This document shows, piece after piece, positions 1 to 13,062 of a DNA stretch of 64,000 bases (positions are counted from its first letter, which is position 1; every line of letters begins with the position of its first letter). A program made the position numbers and the translations under genes. Source of the stretch: Macrostomum lignano. Taxonomy: Eukaryota. The stretch is taken from positions 147,547 to 211,546 of the forward strand of contig NIVC01000181.1 of the NCBI GenBank assembly GCA_002269645.1. The letters are read 5' to 3'. Below the pieces are notes generated by a model, which was given only the letters and a program-made list of their open reading frames with translations, was not told where the DNA came from and did no database searches.

Positions 1-660
1 GCGCCACAGGCACTCATTTTGGCACCGCAGGCACTTATTTTGGCACCGCAGGCACTCATTTTTGCGCCACAGGCACTCATTTTGGCACCGCAAGGCACTT
101 ATTTTGGCACTGTAGGCACTCATTTTAGCGCCACAGGCACTCATTTTAGCGCAACAGGCACTCATTTTAGCGTCACAGGCACTCATTTTAGCGCCGCAGA
201 GACTCATTTGAGCGCCACAGGCACTCATTTTAGCGCAACAGACACTCATTTTAGCGCCACAGACACTCATTTTAGCGCCACAGGCACTCATTTGAGCGCC
301 GCAGGCACTCATTTTAGCGCCGCAGGCACTCATTTTAGCGCCGCAGGCACTCATTTTAGCGCCGCAGGCACTCCTTTTAGCGCCGCAGGCACTCATTTTA
401 GCGCCACAGACACTCATTTTAGCGCCACAGGCACTCATTTTAGCGCCACAGGCACTCATTTTAGCGCCAGAGGCACTCATTTTAGCGCCACAGACACTCA
501 TTTTAGCGCCACAGACACTCATTTTAGCGCCACAGGCACTCATTTTAGCGCCGCAGGCACTCATTTTAGCGCCGCAGGCACTCATTTTAGCGCCGCAGGC
601 ACTCATTTTAGCGCCACAGGCACTCATTTTAGCGCAACAGACACCCATTTTAGCGCCCTA
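1..660. repeat. 21-bp minisatellite (GGCACTCATTTTAGCGCCACA) in a PSD intron
   Basis: Tandem units visible; explains spurious ORF 19..675. Confidence 0.97.
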
Positions 661-791
661 AAGCAAAATTATTGATTTCCACAACGGGTCACCACAAAGT
701 GGGGAGAGAATAAAGCATTTACATGTCCCCCTATAGCCTTTACTGGGGAGAGGTGATTGATAGATGAATTCCTGCATCTCCACTCAAACAG

Positions 792-3003
792 ATCCTCGAC
801 TCTGGCGGGCGTCGGACGCGCAAAGGCCGTCGGTCCTGGCGCCGCGTGTACTGCGTGCTCAAAGACCTCAGCCTGGCCATGCACAAGGACGACTCAGTTG
901 CTGCCGTTGCCGCCGCTTCGCCAGACGCCGAGCTGCGCGTCCATCATTCCTTGGCCGGCCCGGCGCCCGAGTATACTAAACGGCGCCACGTCTGGCGCCT
1001 AAGATTAGCCAGCGGCGCCGAATTGTTACTTCAAGCCGCGTCGCAGGCGGACGCCGACGCCTGGGTTGAAGCCGTCAATCGGGCAGCCGCTTGGCTGTCC
1101 GCACAGGCGCTGCCGGCTCCGGTTGGCAGCCAGCCAGCCTGCGCCTTCGCCCGCCCGTTGCTGCCTTCTGGCCCGTCCAATTTGCCTATTGCTGAACAGC
1201 TGGTCCGGTTTAGGGAACAGGTGAGCGATGGAGTCACTCTGATGCCAGTATGAGATCTATGAGGTCAGCGTGAGATTCATGAGGTCGGTATGAGATCTTC
1301 GAGGTCGGTATGAGATCTTCGAGGTCGGTATGAGATTCATGAGGTCAGCGTGAGGTTCATGAAGTCGGTATGAGATTCATGAGGTCAGCGTGAGATTCAT
1401 GAAGTCGGTATGAGATTCATGAGGTCAGCGTGAGATTCATGAAGTCGGTATAAGATTCATGAGGTCAGCGTGAGATTCATGAAGTCGGTATGAGATTCAT
1501 GAGGTCAGCGTGAGATTCATGAAGTCGGTATGAGATTCATGAGGTCAGCGTGAGATTCATGAGGTCGGTATGAGATTCATGAAGTCGGTATGAGATTCAT
1601 TAGGTCAGCGTGAGATTCATGAAGTCGGTATGAGATTCATGAGGTCAGCGTGAGATTCATGAGGTCGGTATGAGATTCATGAGGTCAGCGTGAGATTCAT
1701 GAGGTCGGTATGAGATTCATGAAGTCAGTATGAGATTCATGAGGTCAGCGTGAGATTCATGAGGTCGGTATGAGATTCATGAGGTCAGCGTGAGATTCAT
1801 GAGGTCGGTATGAGATTCATGAGGTCAGCGTGAGATTCATGAAGTCGGTATGAGATTCATGAGGTCAGCGTGAGATTCATGAAGTCGGTATGAGATTCAT
1901 GAGGTCAGCGTGAGATTCATGAGGTCGGTATGAGATCTATGAGGTCAGCGTGAGATTCATGAGGTCGGTATGAGATTCATGAAGTCGGTATGAGATTCAT
2001 GAGGTCAGCGTGAGATTCATGAGGTCGGTATGAGATTCATGAGGTCAGCGTGAGATTCATGAGGTCGGTATGAGATTCATGAAGTCGGTATGAGATTCAT
2101 GAGGTCAGCGTGAGATTCATGAGGTCGGTATGAGATTCATGAGGTCAGCGTGAGATTCATGAGGTCGGTATGAGATTCATGAGGTCAGCGTGAGATTCAT
2201 GAAGTCGGTATGAGATTCATGAGGTCAGCGTGAGATTCATGAGGTCGGTATGAGATTCATGAGGTCAGCGTGAGATTCATGAAGTCGATATGAGATTCAT
2301 GTGGTCAGCGTGAGATTCATGAAGTCGGTATGAGATTCATGAGGTCAGCGTGAGATTCATGAAGTCGGTATGAGATTCATGTGGTCAGCGTGAGATTCAT
2401 GAAGTCGGTATGAGATTCATGAGGTCAGCGTGAGATTCATGAGGTCGGTATTATATTCATGAGGTTGGTATGAGATTCACCAGGACTCATTTTAAGTTTC
2501 GCAGTGTCAAAGTGAGGTCATCAAAGAGTTGTTAGTCCATCAGGTGTCTCTGCTTGCGAGCTAGTCTCTTGATGAGTCCATTTTTTATAATTTTCTGCCT
2601 CCGGCTGCAGGTCGCCTCTGTCAAAAGCGAACTGCAATCTCTTGGCGCCTCTTCCGGCGATGCCCCCTCGGACACCTCCCCAGCAGCGCAGCCGACGGCG
2701 ACCCCCGCCACCGCCGCCGCCTCTCCCGTTGTCTGCCCTGTCGGCGGCGCGGAGCGGCAACGACACGTGGCCTTCCTGCAGCACGAGCTGGTCCGCTACC
2801 GGGCCTACATGCAGCTGCTTGAAGCTGAAATTGCCTCGGCTGCACCAACGCCAGCCGTGGCTTCCACAGTCGCTCCCGCTAGCCAACCTGGCGAATTAGC
2901 GGACGCCATTTCAGCAGCAGCTACCTCGAATCCTTCGCCGACGGCGCCAGCGCCAACGGAATCAGAGAAAAATGGTCCCGTTGAACTGTACGAAATCGTC
3001 TGA
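792..3003 (+). CDS. PSD: 3' part of a PH and SEC7 domain protein (PSD/EFA6, Arf6 GEF); exons 792-1220 and 2611-3003; upstream exons lie outside the window
   Basis: Exon after AAACAG reads ILDSGGRRTRKGRRSWRRVYCVLKD...HHSLAGPAPEYTKRRHVWRLRLASGAELLLQA...WVEAVNRAAAWLSAQALPAPVGSQ...FARPLLPS, the EFA6-type PH domain and following motif. Donor CAG|GTGAGC at 1220/1221 and acceptor TGCAG|GTC at 2610/2611 are both phase 0. The last exon has QHELVRYRAYMQLL (cf. EKSRYxTY) and stops at TGA 3001-3003. Confidence 0.88.
1250..2480. repeat. 20-bp minisatellite with two alternating variants (PSD intron)
   Basis: TGAGATTCATGAGGTCAGCG / TGAGATTCATGA(A/G)GTCGGTA. Confidence 0.97.
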
Positions 3004-3259
3004 GCGATCCTGTTCGAAAATATAAGTAGCTGCTATATGTAATTTCTTGTCTGAAATTCGTGTTTTTTTCGCTTTGGTTCTGCTGTCCCTGTGATTACTC
3101 TGCTTCTGGGCATTCAGCTTTATAATTGCATGTTGTGTCTGTATAGTTGTGTCCGCTTTGGTTAGCTGAGAATAAATAATAATGCGTAAGTAAACTTGAC
3201 AAATGTTGGCAAATTAAATGTGGTAACCTGATGTTAACCGGTCTACTGCTACTGAAACT

Positions 3260-3740
3260 GATACCCACTTTAGGCCATAGACTGCTGCAGAGACCACTAC
3301 CCACTTTAGGCCATAGACTGCTGCAGAGACCACTACCCACTTTAGGCCATAGACTACTACAGAAACCACTACCCACTTTAGGCCATAGACTGCTGCAGAA
3401 ACTAACCACTTTAGGCCAAAGAATGCTGCAGAAACTACTACCCACTTTAGGCCATTGACTACTACAGAAACCACTACCCACTTTAGGCCATAGACTACTA
3501 CAGAAACTACCCACTTTAAGCCATAGACTGCTGCAGAGACTACTACCCACTTCAGGCCATTGACTACTACAGAAACTACTACGCAGTTTAAGCCATAGAC
3601 TGCTGCAGAAACTACCCACTTTAAGCCATAGACTGCTGCAGAGACTACTACCCACTTCAGGCCATTGACTACTACAGAAACTACTACGCAGTTTAAGCCA
3701 TAGACTGCTGCAGAAACTACCCACTTTAGGTCATAGACTG
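3260..3740. repeat. ~36-bp minisatellite
   Basis: CTACCCACTTTAGGCCATAGACTGCTGCAGAGACCA. Confidence 0.95.
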
Positions 3741-4294
3741 CAATAATAGTTTCACCTGGAGTGGCAAGTAGCTTTTTGGACTAAACTGTTTGGCATTATG
3801 CCACTAATATAGAATATATAAATTCACTATAGGTATGGTCTATTTCTGAGGCTTTCTTTTGTTCAAAATAGCTTTTTTGTTGTTTTTTTGTGTCGATTTC
3901 TAACTAATCGTGTTCGCTGTTAGTTAAACTTTTATAATATTTTATTGTTTTACTCCAGCCGAAGCTCTAGCTACAGCTTTTTCGCATATCCATGTACGTC
4001 AAAATTATATTATATTATATTATATTATATTATATTATATAAAATAATTACACAGTCGGCTTCGCCAATTTTTTTCTCTCTGTCTCGAATTTTTCTTTTT
4101 TTGTGTCGCTTTCAGCGCGTGCCAGCTTCTATGCAATGCTTTGCTATTTAAGAATTATATATTTTTACTACATTTTACTTGCTTACATTAATTTAGTTAT
4201 CACATTATGGTCAGTAACTTGTGGATATATATATTTGTGTTATAAGCAGAAAACTTATTGTCACTTTTAATTTAGGCTCCGCCAGCGTTTGGTG

Positions 4295-4895
4295 TCCTAA
4301 TGTACACTCTCGGCCCTCAACCCCCTTCCCCGCCTGATGTACACTCCCCTCAAACCCTTATCCTAATGTACACTCCCCTCAACCCCTTGCCCTAATGTAC
4401 ACTCTCCTCAACCCCTTACCCTAATGTACACTCCCTCAACCCCTTACCCTAATGTACACTCCCTCAACCCCTTACCCTAATGTACACTCCCCTCAATCCC
4501 TTACCCTAATGTACACTCCCCCAACCCCTTACCCTAATGTACACTCCCTCAACCCCTTACCCTAATGTACACTCCCCTCAAACCCTTATCCTAATGTACA
4601 CTCTCCTCAACCCCTTACCCTAATGTACACTCCCCTCAACCCCTTACCCTAATGTACACTCTCCTCAATCCCTTACCCTAATGTACACTCTCGGCCCTCA
4701 ACCCCCTTCCCCGCCTGATGTACACTCCCCTCAAACCCTTATCCTAATGTACACTCTCCTCAACCCCTTACCCTAATGTACACTCCCCTCAATCCCTTAC
4801 CCTAATGTACACTCCCTCAACCCCTTACCCTAATGTACACTCCCCTCAACCCCTTACTCTAATGTACACCGTCTTCCCTCAACTCCTTACCCTTA
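4295..4895. repeat. ~27-28-bp minisatellite
   Basis: TAATGTACACTCCCCTCAACCCCTTACCC. Confidence 0.95.
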
Positions 4896-5610
4896 CCTGT
4901 GATTTCAACTTCAAAGCCTTAATTAAAAAAGGACGATTAGTTCCGGTTTCAACTGAGCACAGCTTAGGCCCAGTTCTGATCTTTGCACTCCCGTCAACTT
5001 CACCCAGTGATTTATTTCACTCTGCGTCTGTTGGTTAAACATTTTTGTACACTGAATTCATTCTGATCAACCAATTATTTTTTTAAACTTATTTAAAGTT
5101 TTTAAAAAACTCATTTAACTCCTTGCCTGAGCCCTTCTAAGAATGGTGGACTTGCTGGAATTTCGTGCTTTGGCACAATTAACTAATTAATTGGACTATG
5201 AAACTATTGAGGTTACTAACGGCTGTGGGTTAGGCAATTTATTTCAATTAAAATAATTATCGAAATTTCCTTTATAACAATGCGTACCAATTGCTTACTA
5301 TTAATAGTATATCAATAGAATTCACAGTATAACTAATAAGCTGCACTCAACTGTGGCAATAGTGCACTCGATGTTGAATTAAATTCTTTAATTATTTGAT
5401 ACTATATCTTTATTGCCTGTCTGTAGCAATAAACAGCACAGTAGTTTTAATTTCTCACTGTTGTTGATTTATTCAAGTGTAGAACTTTTATATTAATTTC
5501 CTTGCTTGCATCAAATCTGTGCGCCCCCTGCGGAGCTTAATTATTTTTATTGGGTAATTGTTCGACCCGGCTTTTACTGTATCGATTGTGATTTTGCGCC
5601 TCGTGTCCGT

Positions 5611-5659
<49 letters not shown>

Positions 5660-5674
5660 GTGTCTGTCTGTGTC

Positions 5675-5755
<81 letters not shown>

Positions 5756-5756
5756 G

Positions 5757-5808
<52 letters not shown>

Positions 5809-5816
5809 ATAGTGTC

Positions 5817-5867
<51 letters not shown>

Positions 5868-5870
5868 GCC

Positions 5871-5939
<69 letters not shown>

Positions 5940-5968
5940 GTCTGTCTGTGTCTGTCTGTCATAGTGTC

Positions 5969-6003
<35 letters not shown>
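5611..6003. repeat. (CTGT)n microsatellite
   Basis: Seen directly in the sequence. Confidence 0.98.
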
Positions 6004-6719
6004 GACCGCATGCCGAAGTATCGGAGCCTGTGCATGCCTTTTTCTCCTAATCTTCAGTAACCAGCTGTCTGTCCTGCAGCTAAACTTGATTCAGTTCTCC
6101 TCAGTTACCAACTGCGTGTGTTTATACTCTGTATTCACTATATAAGCGAACAATCCTAATTAATTCGAGTTTCCACCCAGTGGGACAGCGCTTGCAAAGT
6201 CGTCGACGCCAAACAATGCGATTTTGTAGCCAGCCTTTTGCCTATCGTTTCCCATGCCCTTTATTGTCCCGTGTCTGCTATCAAATCTTGGCTTTCTGCT
6301 CCGCCGTTTTGCTTATTTAATTGGCTTTTGTATTTAAGACAGTGTCGTTAACTAAAAATATACACTTATAATAAATGTGTTGGCAATAAGAGAACGCAGA
6401 CCTCTGGTTGGTTGTCGGTTTATGGTGGGATTTGAGCAGTCCCCATGCGACAATTAATTTAGTATTCTAGGTAAGTACTCGTAAGTCTTCATTCAGGCGA
6501 ACTTATCATTCCCTGATCAGTTTGGTTAATTAATCAAAGTTGAGCAGTTTACATGGAAGTGTTTAAAGTCCGTCGTACTCCATGACATCCTCTTGCTTGG
6601 TCCCGTCTCTTGTCTCTGTGTTTCGCATAATCAGATGCATTGGCTTATAATTGCTTGCTCTTAACTTTGTGTTAATCGTGTTTGTTTTTATTTGTTCACT
6701 AAAATGAATGAACTCCGCG

Positions 6720-7320
6720 AGAGAGTCACTAAATGAGTGACATTGGTGGGAGAGTCGCTAAAATGAGTGACATTGGTGGGAGAGTCACTAAAGTGAGTGA
6801 CATTGGTGAGTGAGTCACTAAAATGAGTGACATCGGCGAGAGAGTCACTAAAGTGAGTGACATTGGTGGGAGAGTCACTAAATGAGTGACATTGGTGGGA
6901 GAGTCACTAAAATGAGTGACATTGGTGGGAGAGTCGCTAAAGGGAGTGAACTTGGTGGGAGAGTCACTAAAATGAGTGAACTTGGTGGGAGAGTCACGAG
7001 TGTGAGTGACCTTGGCGGGAGAGTCACTAAAGTGAGTGACATTGGCGGGAGAGTCACTAAAGTCAGTGACATTCGCGGGGAGTCACTGGAATGAGTGAAA
7101 TTGGTGAGAGAGAGTCGCAGGAGAGTCACTAAAGTCAGTGACATTCGCGGGGAGTCACTCTCCCCGCGAGGGAGAGTCACTAAAAGTGAGTAACATTGGT
7201 GAGAGTCACTAAAATGAGTGACATCGGCGAGAGAGTCACTAAAGTGAGTGACATTGGTGAGAGAGTCACTAAAATGAGTGACATTGGCGAGAGAGTCACT
7301 TGACAACGGTGGGAGAGTCA
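6720..7320. repeat. ~30-bp minisatellite with an internal GTCACT...AGTGAC hairpin
   Basis: GAGAGTCACTAAAATGAGTGACATTGGTGG. Confidence 0.95.
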
Positions 7321-8049
7321 CCTAATGTGAGTTAATAGCTACATCGGTTGTCATGGCAACTAACTGTGACAGCGCCGCGAGGGGGAGGGGGTTACCAGGA
7401 GGCTCAGCAGGTTTGTCGCGAAAAAAATTCTTGAGAACAAAATCGCGTACTTTTGACTAGACTGGAACAAAGGGCTGCGGGAAAAATTCAAATCCCATCA
7501 ACAAAAATGAAAGCTACTCAAGAGATACTCCTGGCAAAGATGGAGGAAGGAAGTAGTGGTTAGCGCAGGCTCCGGCCTTATACTACTTCTGCAGGCTCTA
7601 CTGAATAAATTAAGTCCCTGCTGCAGCGGCATCCCCGGGGCAGCTTCCTAGGAAGTTGAGGATTTTTCAGCTGAGCATCATAGCTAAGGCATCTGCTTCT
7701 TCCCAGAGTCATCCCGCCTGGTAGCAGGCGCGGGCATCGTTTAGGCCAAATTGTTTACAATGGCAACGCGGGCTGAGCAACTGCAGATGGAGGGTGGGGC
7801 TTGCATGGGTTCTATCCACTCTTGCCGCTTCTTACTGCTGGCTAGTAATAGGCTTGTTGGGGGGTGTGAGTTCTTCACTCTGGCGCTTACCTGGGAACTT
7901 TCCGTAGCTATAAACACACTGACTCTATAAGCAGTTTTTTCTGGCCTCAGACTCGGGGCAAGGAGATTCGGATAAAATTCAAAACTGATTACCACTGGCA
8001 TTCAGCATATCCGGTATTGCATGGTGAGTACATCTATAGCCCCTGCGGC

Positions 8050-8790
8050 TATAGATCTGACACACCTATTCTGGCGCCCTATCTGACACACCTTTTCTGG
8101 CGCCCTATCTGACACACCTATTCTGGCGCCCTATCTGACACACCTATTCTGGCGCCCTATCTGACACACCTATTCTGGCGCCCTATCTGACACCTTTCCT
8201 GGCGCCCTATCTGACACACCTATTCTGGCGCCCTATCTGACACACCTATTCTGGCGCCCTATCTGACACACCTATTCTGGCGCCCTTTCTGACACACCTT
8301 TTCTGGCGCCCTATCTGACACACCTATTCTGGCGCCCTATCTGACGCACCTATTCTGGCGCCCTATCTGACACACCTTTTCTGGCGCCCTATCTGACACA
8401 CCTATTCTGGCGCCCTATCTGACACACCTATTCTGGCGCCCTATCTGACACACCTATTCTGGCGCCCTATCTGACACACCTTTTCTGGCGCCCTATCTGA
8501 CACACCTATTCTGGCGCCCTATCTGACACACCTTTTCTGGCGCCCTATCTGACACACCTTTTCTGGCGCCCTATCTGACACACCTATTCTGGCACCCTAT
8601 CTGACATACCTACTCTGGCGCCCTATCTGACACACCTTTTATGGCGCCCAATCTGACACACCTTTTCTGGCGCCCTATTGAACACCTTTTTGGCGCCCTT
8701 TTCTCGCTTTTTTGGCGTTTTTTCTGACACTATTATTGGCGCTTCTCTGATGCCTATTTAGGCGCCCTATCACGCTTATTTTGGCGCCCT
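8050..8790. repeat. 26-bp minisatellite
   Basis: CGCCCTATCTGACACACCTATTCTGG. Confidence 0.96.
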
Positions 8791-9199
8791 CTCTGACATC
8801 TGTTTAAAACCCTTTCAACGTCTTTGCCCCCCCCCCTGACTTCCCGTTCGAATTCAACTGTTTGCAGTTCTAAATCAGAGTTACTGAGAGCGCATGCACT
8901 ATAGAAAATAAATTACAAAAATTGACTACTTGTAACGAAAAAGAAAGCTAGCTGGTTACAACTCATATTTTATGAGACTATAACTGCATGTATGCTAATG
9001 ATTTAAGGGTGTAACACAGAGATATCACTGAGACAGAAATCCCTTGAGAGTCTGTTCATGCCTGGCTAGATGAGTAGATGGGATTATAGTGGTTATGCTT
9101 TTTTTCCTGTATGAGTGCATTGCAGCTCCAACCCCTCCGTCTGCGATGGGTTTGGAGTAGTATAAAAGCGCAGATTTGATCAGAGGATTTTGAATCGAC

Positions 9200-11335
9200 T
9201 GATTAGGTAGTGAATCTGCTGATTAGGTAGTGAATCTGCTGATTAGGTAGTCAATCTGCTGGTTAGGCAGTCAATCTGCTGATTAGGTAGTGAATCTGCT
9301 GATTAGGTAGTGAATCTGCTGATTAGGTAGTGAATCTGCTGATTAGGTAGTGAATCTGCTGATTAGGTAGTCAATCTGCTGATTAGGTAGTCAATCTGCT
9401 GATTAGGTAGTGAATCTGCTGATTAGGTAGTGAATCTGCTGATTAGGTAGTGAACCTACTGATTAGGTAGTGAATCTGCTGATTAGGTAGTGAATCTGCT
9501 GGTTAGGTAGTGAATCTGCTGGTTAGGTAGTGAATCTGCTGGTTAGGTAGTGAATCTGCTGGTTAGGTAGTGAATCTGCTGGTTAGGTAGTGAATCTGCT
9601 GGTTAGGTAGTGAATCTGCTGGTTAGGTAGTGAATCTGCTGGTTAGGTAGTGAATCTGCTGGTTAGGTAGTGAATCTGCTGGTTAGGTAGTGAATCTGCT
9701 GGTTAGGTAGTGAATCTACTGGTTAGGTAGTGAATCTGCTGGTTAGGTAATGAGTGTACTGATTAGGTAGTGAATCTACTGATTAGGTAGTGAATCTACT
9801 GATTAGGTAGTGAATCTACTGATTAGGTAGTGAATCTACTGATTAGGTAGTTAATCTACTGATTAGGTAGTGAATCTACTGATTAGGTAATAAATCTACT
9901 GATTAGGTAGTGAATCTACTGATTAGGTAGTGAATCTGCTGGTTAGGTAGTGAATCTACTGGTTAGGTAGTGAATCTGCTGGTTAGGTAATGAGTGTACT
10001 GATTAGGTAGTGAATCTACTGATTAGGTAGTGAATCTACTGATTAGGTAGTGAATCTACTGATTAGGTAGTTAATCTACTGATTAGGTAGTGAATCTACT
10101 GATTAGGTAGTGAATCTACTGATTAGGTAGTGAATCTACTGATTAGGTAGTGAATCTACTGATTAGGTAGTTAATCTACTGATTAGGTAGTGAATCTACT
10201 GATTAGGTAGTGAATCTGCTGATTAGGTAATAAATCTACTGATTAGGTAGTGAATCTGCTGATTAGGTAGTGAATCTACTGATTAGGTAATAAATCTACT
10301 GATTAGGTAGTGAATCTGCTGATTAGGTAGTGAATCTGCTGATTAGGTAGTGAATCTGCTGATTAGGTAGTGAATCTGCTGATTAGGTAATGAATCTACT
10401 GATTAGGTAGTGAATCTGCTGATTAGGTAGTGAATCTGCTGATTAGGTAGTGAATCTGCTGATTAGGTAGTGAATCTGCTGATTAGGTAGTGAATCTGCT
10501 GATTAGGTAGTGAATCTGCTGATTAGGTAGTGAATCTACTGATTAGGTAGTGAATCTACTGATTAGGTAGTGAATCTGCTGATTAGGTAGTGAATCTACT
10601 GATTAGGTAATGAATCTGCTGATTAGGTAGTGAATCTGCTGATTAGGTAGTGAATCTGCTGATTAGGTAATGAATCTGCTGATTAGGTAATAAATCTACC
10701 GGTTAGGTAGTGAATCTGCTGATTAGGTAGTGAATCTGCTGATTAGGTAGTGAATCTGCTGATTAGGTAGTGAATCTGCTGATTAGGTAGTGAATCTGCT
10801 GATTAGGTAGTGAATCTGCTGGTTAGGTAGTGAATCTACTGGTTAGGTAGTGAATCTGCTGATTAGGTAGTGAATCTGCTGATTAGGTAATGAATCTGCT
10901 GATTAGGTAATAAATCTACCGGTTAGGTAGTGAATCTGCTGATTAGGTAATGAATCTGCTGATTAGGTAATGAGTCTACTGATTAGGTAGTGAATCTGCT
11001 GATTAGGTAATAAATCTACCGATTAGGTAGTGAATCTACTGATTAGGTAGTGAATCTGCTGATTAGGTAATGAATCTACTGATTAGGTAGTGAATCTACT
11101 GATTAGGTAGTGAATCTACTGATTAGGTAGTGAATCTACTGATTAGGTAGTGAATCTACTGATTAGGTAGTGAATCTACTGATTAGGTAGTGAATCTACT
11201 GATTAGGTAGTGAATCTACTGATTAGGTAATGAATCTACTGATTAGGTAGTGAATCTACTGATTAGGTAGTGAATCTACTGATTAGGTAGTGAATCTACT
11301 GATTAGGTAATGAATCTACGGATTAGGTAATTAAT
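9200..11335. repeat. 20-bp minisatellite, ~100 copies
   Basis: GATTAGGTAGTGAATCT(G/A)CT. Confidence 0.98.
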
Positions 11336-12093
11336 GTGCCAACTAGGTAAAAATTTGAATCTAGTAATGCTGTAAACTAAAATGAAATCAATGAACTATA
11401 CTGACTAAAAATTTATTTTTATATAAATAAATAAAAATAAATAATCAAATTAAGACTTCCATGCCAGTATAAGTTGGCGTAAACCTATTTTACACCCAAG
11501 AAGAAAAGTATTTTAGTAAAACACAGCAGCTTGAGCTTCAGTTGGCTCAACAATCTAAAAATAGCAATTCAATTGACAGGTATTTTGCCTAGGAATGGAT
11601 GAGTGAGTTGAGACTGAGTCTCTCTGAGCCAAGCGTTGCGAGAGCCCCTGAATCTCTTTCTATCAAGCTGCTTCCGCGCCAGAAGCAGACAGCGGGACGG
11701 GACAAAAAAGACAGAAGAAGCCCAGTAAAAGAAAGACTGAAAGAGAGAGTTGGCCAAGCCCAACTGTAAAAGCGGAGTTTCTCCTCATCTTTAATTCTGT
11801 CTTGCTCTGTCTCAGAAGCGACTGCAGCAAAAACAGCAACAGCAGAAGCAGAAACCAGCAGCCCTTTTCTTTTGCGCCACTCTCTCATGCATCAGGGCGT
11901 GCAACGGAGAATCGTATCTACTGGTAATGAGTGTTTCACCAAGCCTGACTGCGGCTGTTTCTGCAGCCGAGACCATGACGAAACGCTGACGCGATTCCAT
12001 AAAAAATATTGGAACCAGACCATGCAGCTACGTTCGTAGTCCATGCGCACTTCTAATTGAAAGCAGATAGAATTTTAAAAATCTAAGTATAGT

Positions 12094-12544
12094 CCACAGA
12101 TACTAAAATAACTAGATGGGCCACTCAGGCACATATACTTAGTAAAACAGCTTTCTACTTTCAGTTCAGTAGCAAAGAAGAATACATAAGCTATTTTATA
12201 AAAATAAAGGCAATCTGAAATGACTTTGATAAGTTTAGAAGCCCAGGCTTGTAGGCGTAAACAACTTGCTAATTGGTTCAGCAATAATGTACATTAGCCA
12301 GTCCACTGAAATGTACAAAGCTGCAGCTTCAGGCTGGGAGTCCGAGAAAGGCAATAAAAATTGGGACGAGGCGGCGGGGGTAGTGTGGAAAGGCGCAGTT
12401 GGATGGTTTAAGCTGGAGTAAGAGCCAATAAATTGAGCCATTTAAAAATACAATAAAATGCTTCAGTTTAACTTACTACTGAACTGAAAGTAGTTTACAC
12501 ACAAATATGCTGAGTGGCCCATCCAGCTATTCAAGTGTCTGTGG
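12094..12544. mobile_element. MITE, ~450 bp, with ~70-bp imperfect TIRs (copy 1)
   Basis: The left end CCACAGATACTAAAATAACTAGATGGGCCACTCAG is the reverse complement of the right end CTGAGTGGCCCATCCAGCTATTCAAGTGTCTGTGG. A second copy lies at 27153-27606. No clear TSD. Confidence 0.8.
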
Positions 12545-13048
12545 GATAATCTAGCCATTAATTTCTACACCATTTGGCGGCAGCGCGGGCCAATCGCGTC
12601 TGATTCTCGCGCCGAAGTAAACTTGGGTTTGATTCCGGGCTTGCACACATTAATTAGGGGGTTGGAGATTCTCCTGAAATTCTCATCGATAAGAGCTAAC
12701 GCCTAAGGCACAGAGAGTGTACATGTCTCACGATTAGAAAGTCAGGGCTGCTGTACACCCTGTGTGAGCGTGTGCCTGCTCAGGGGTGAGCTGGCTGCGC
12801 CAAACCGTCCCCCAACAAACTAACACCCTTTTGGCGAACTTTTTAGACCAATGTCTGTCTTTTTCAGTCTGGATGTACTATTTGTTCAGTCTTTGTTCAG
12901 TCTGGATGGTTTTAATGTGTTGTCTTTGTTCAGTCTGGATGCACTAATCTACAGTCTTTGGTCAGTCTGGATGTACTAATACGTAGTCTTTGTTCAGTCT
13001 GGATGTACTCATGTAGTATTTGCTCGATACATCACTCCCCTGCCCGCA

Positions 13049-13062
13049 GTTACCATGGCAAC
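13049..13062. promoter_or_regulatory. RFX X-box-like palindrome GTTACCATGGCAAC overlapping the polycystin ATG
   Basis: Matches the X-box consensus GTNRCC-N0-3-RGYAAC. Function is not shown. Confidence 0.4.

Noticed and set aside
19-675. 218-aa repetitive ORF, and all similar periodic ORFs (3095-3724, 23599-24860, 25482-26066, 32955-34121, 56027-56772, 57756-58908, 62658-63994)
   Set aside because: These are translations of stop-free tandem repeats; the peptide period follows the DNA unit length, and most lie in introns.
7400-8030. Possible decayed retroelement integrase fragment, or an upstream polycystin exon (GTGAGT at 8024, phase 1)
   Set aside because: The frames are short and interrupted by stops, and resemblance to an integrase zinc-binding region is too weak. 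No polycystin motif is present.
9200-11335. TTAGG within the 20-bp unit, suggesting a telomeric repeat
   Set aside because: It is only a 5-mer inside a longer unit, not a (TTAGGG)n or (TTAGG)n tract.
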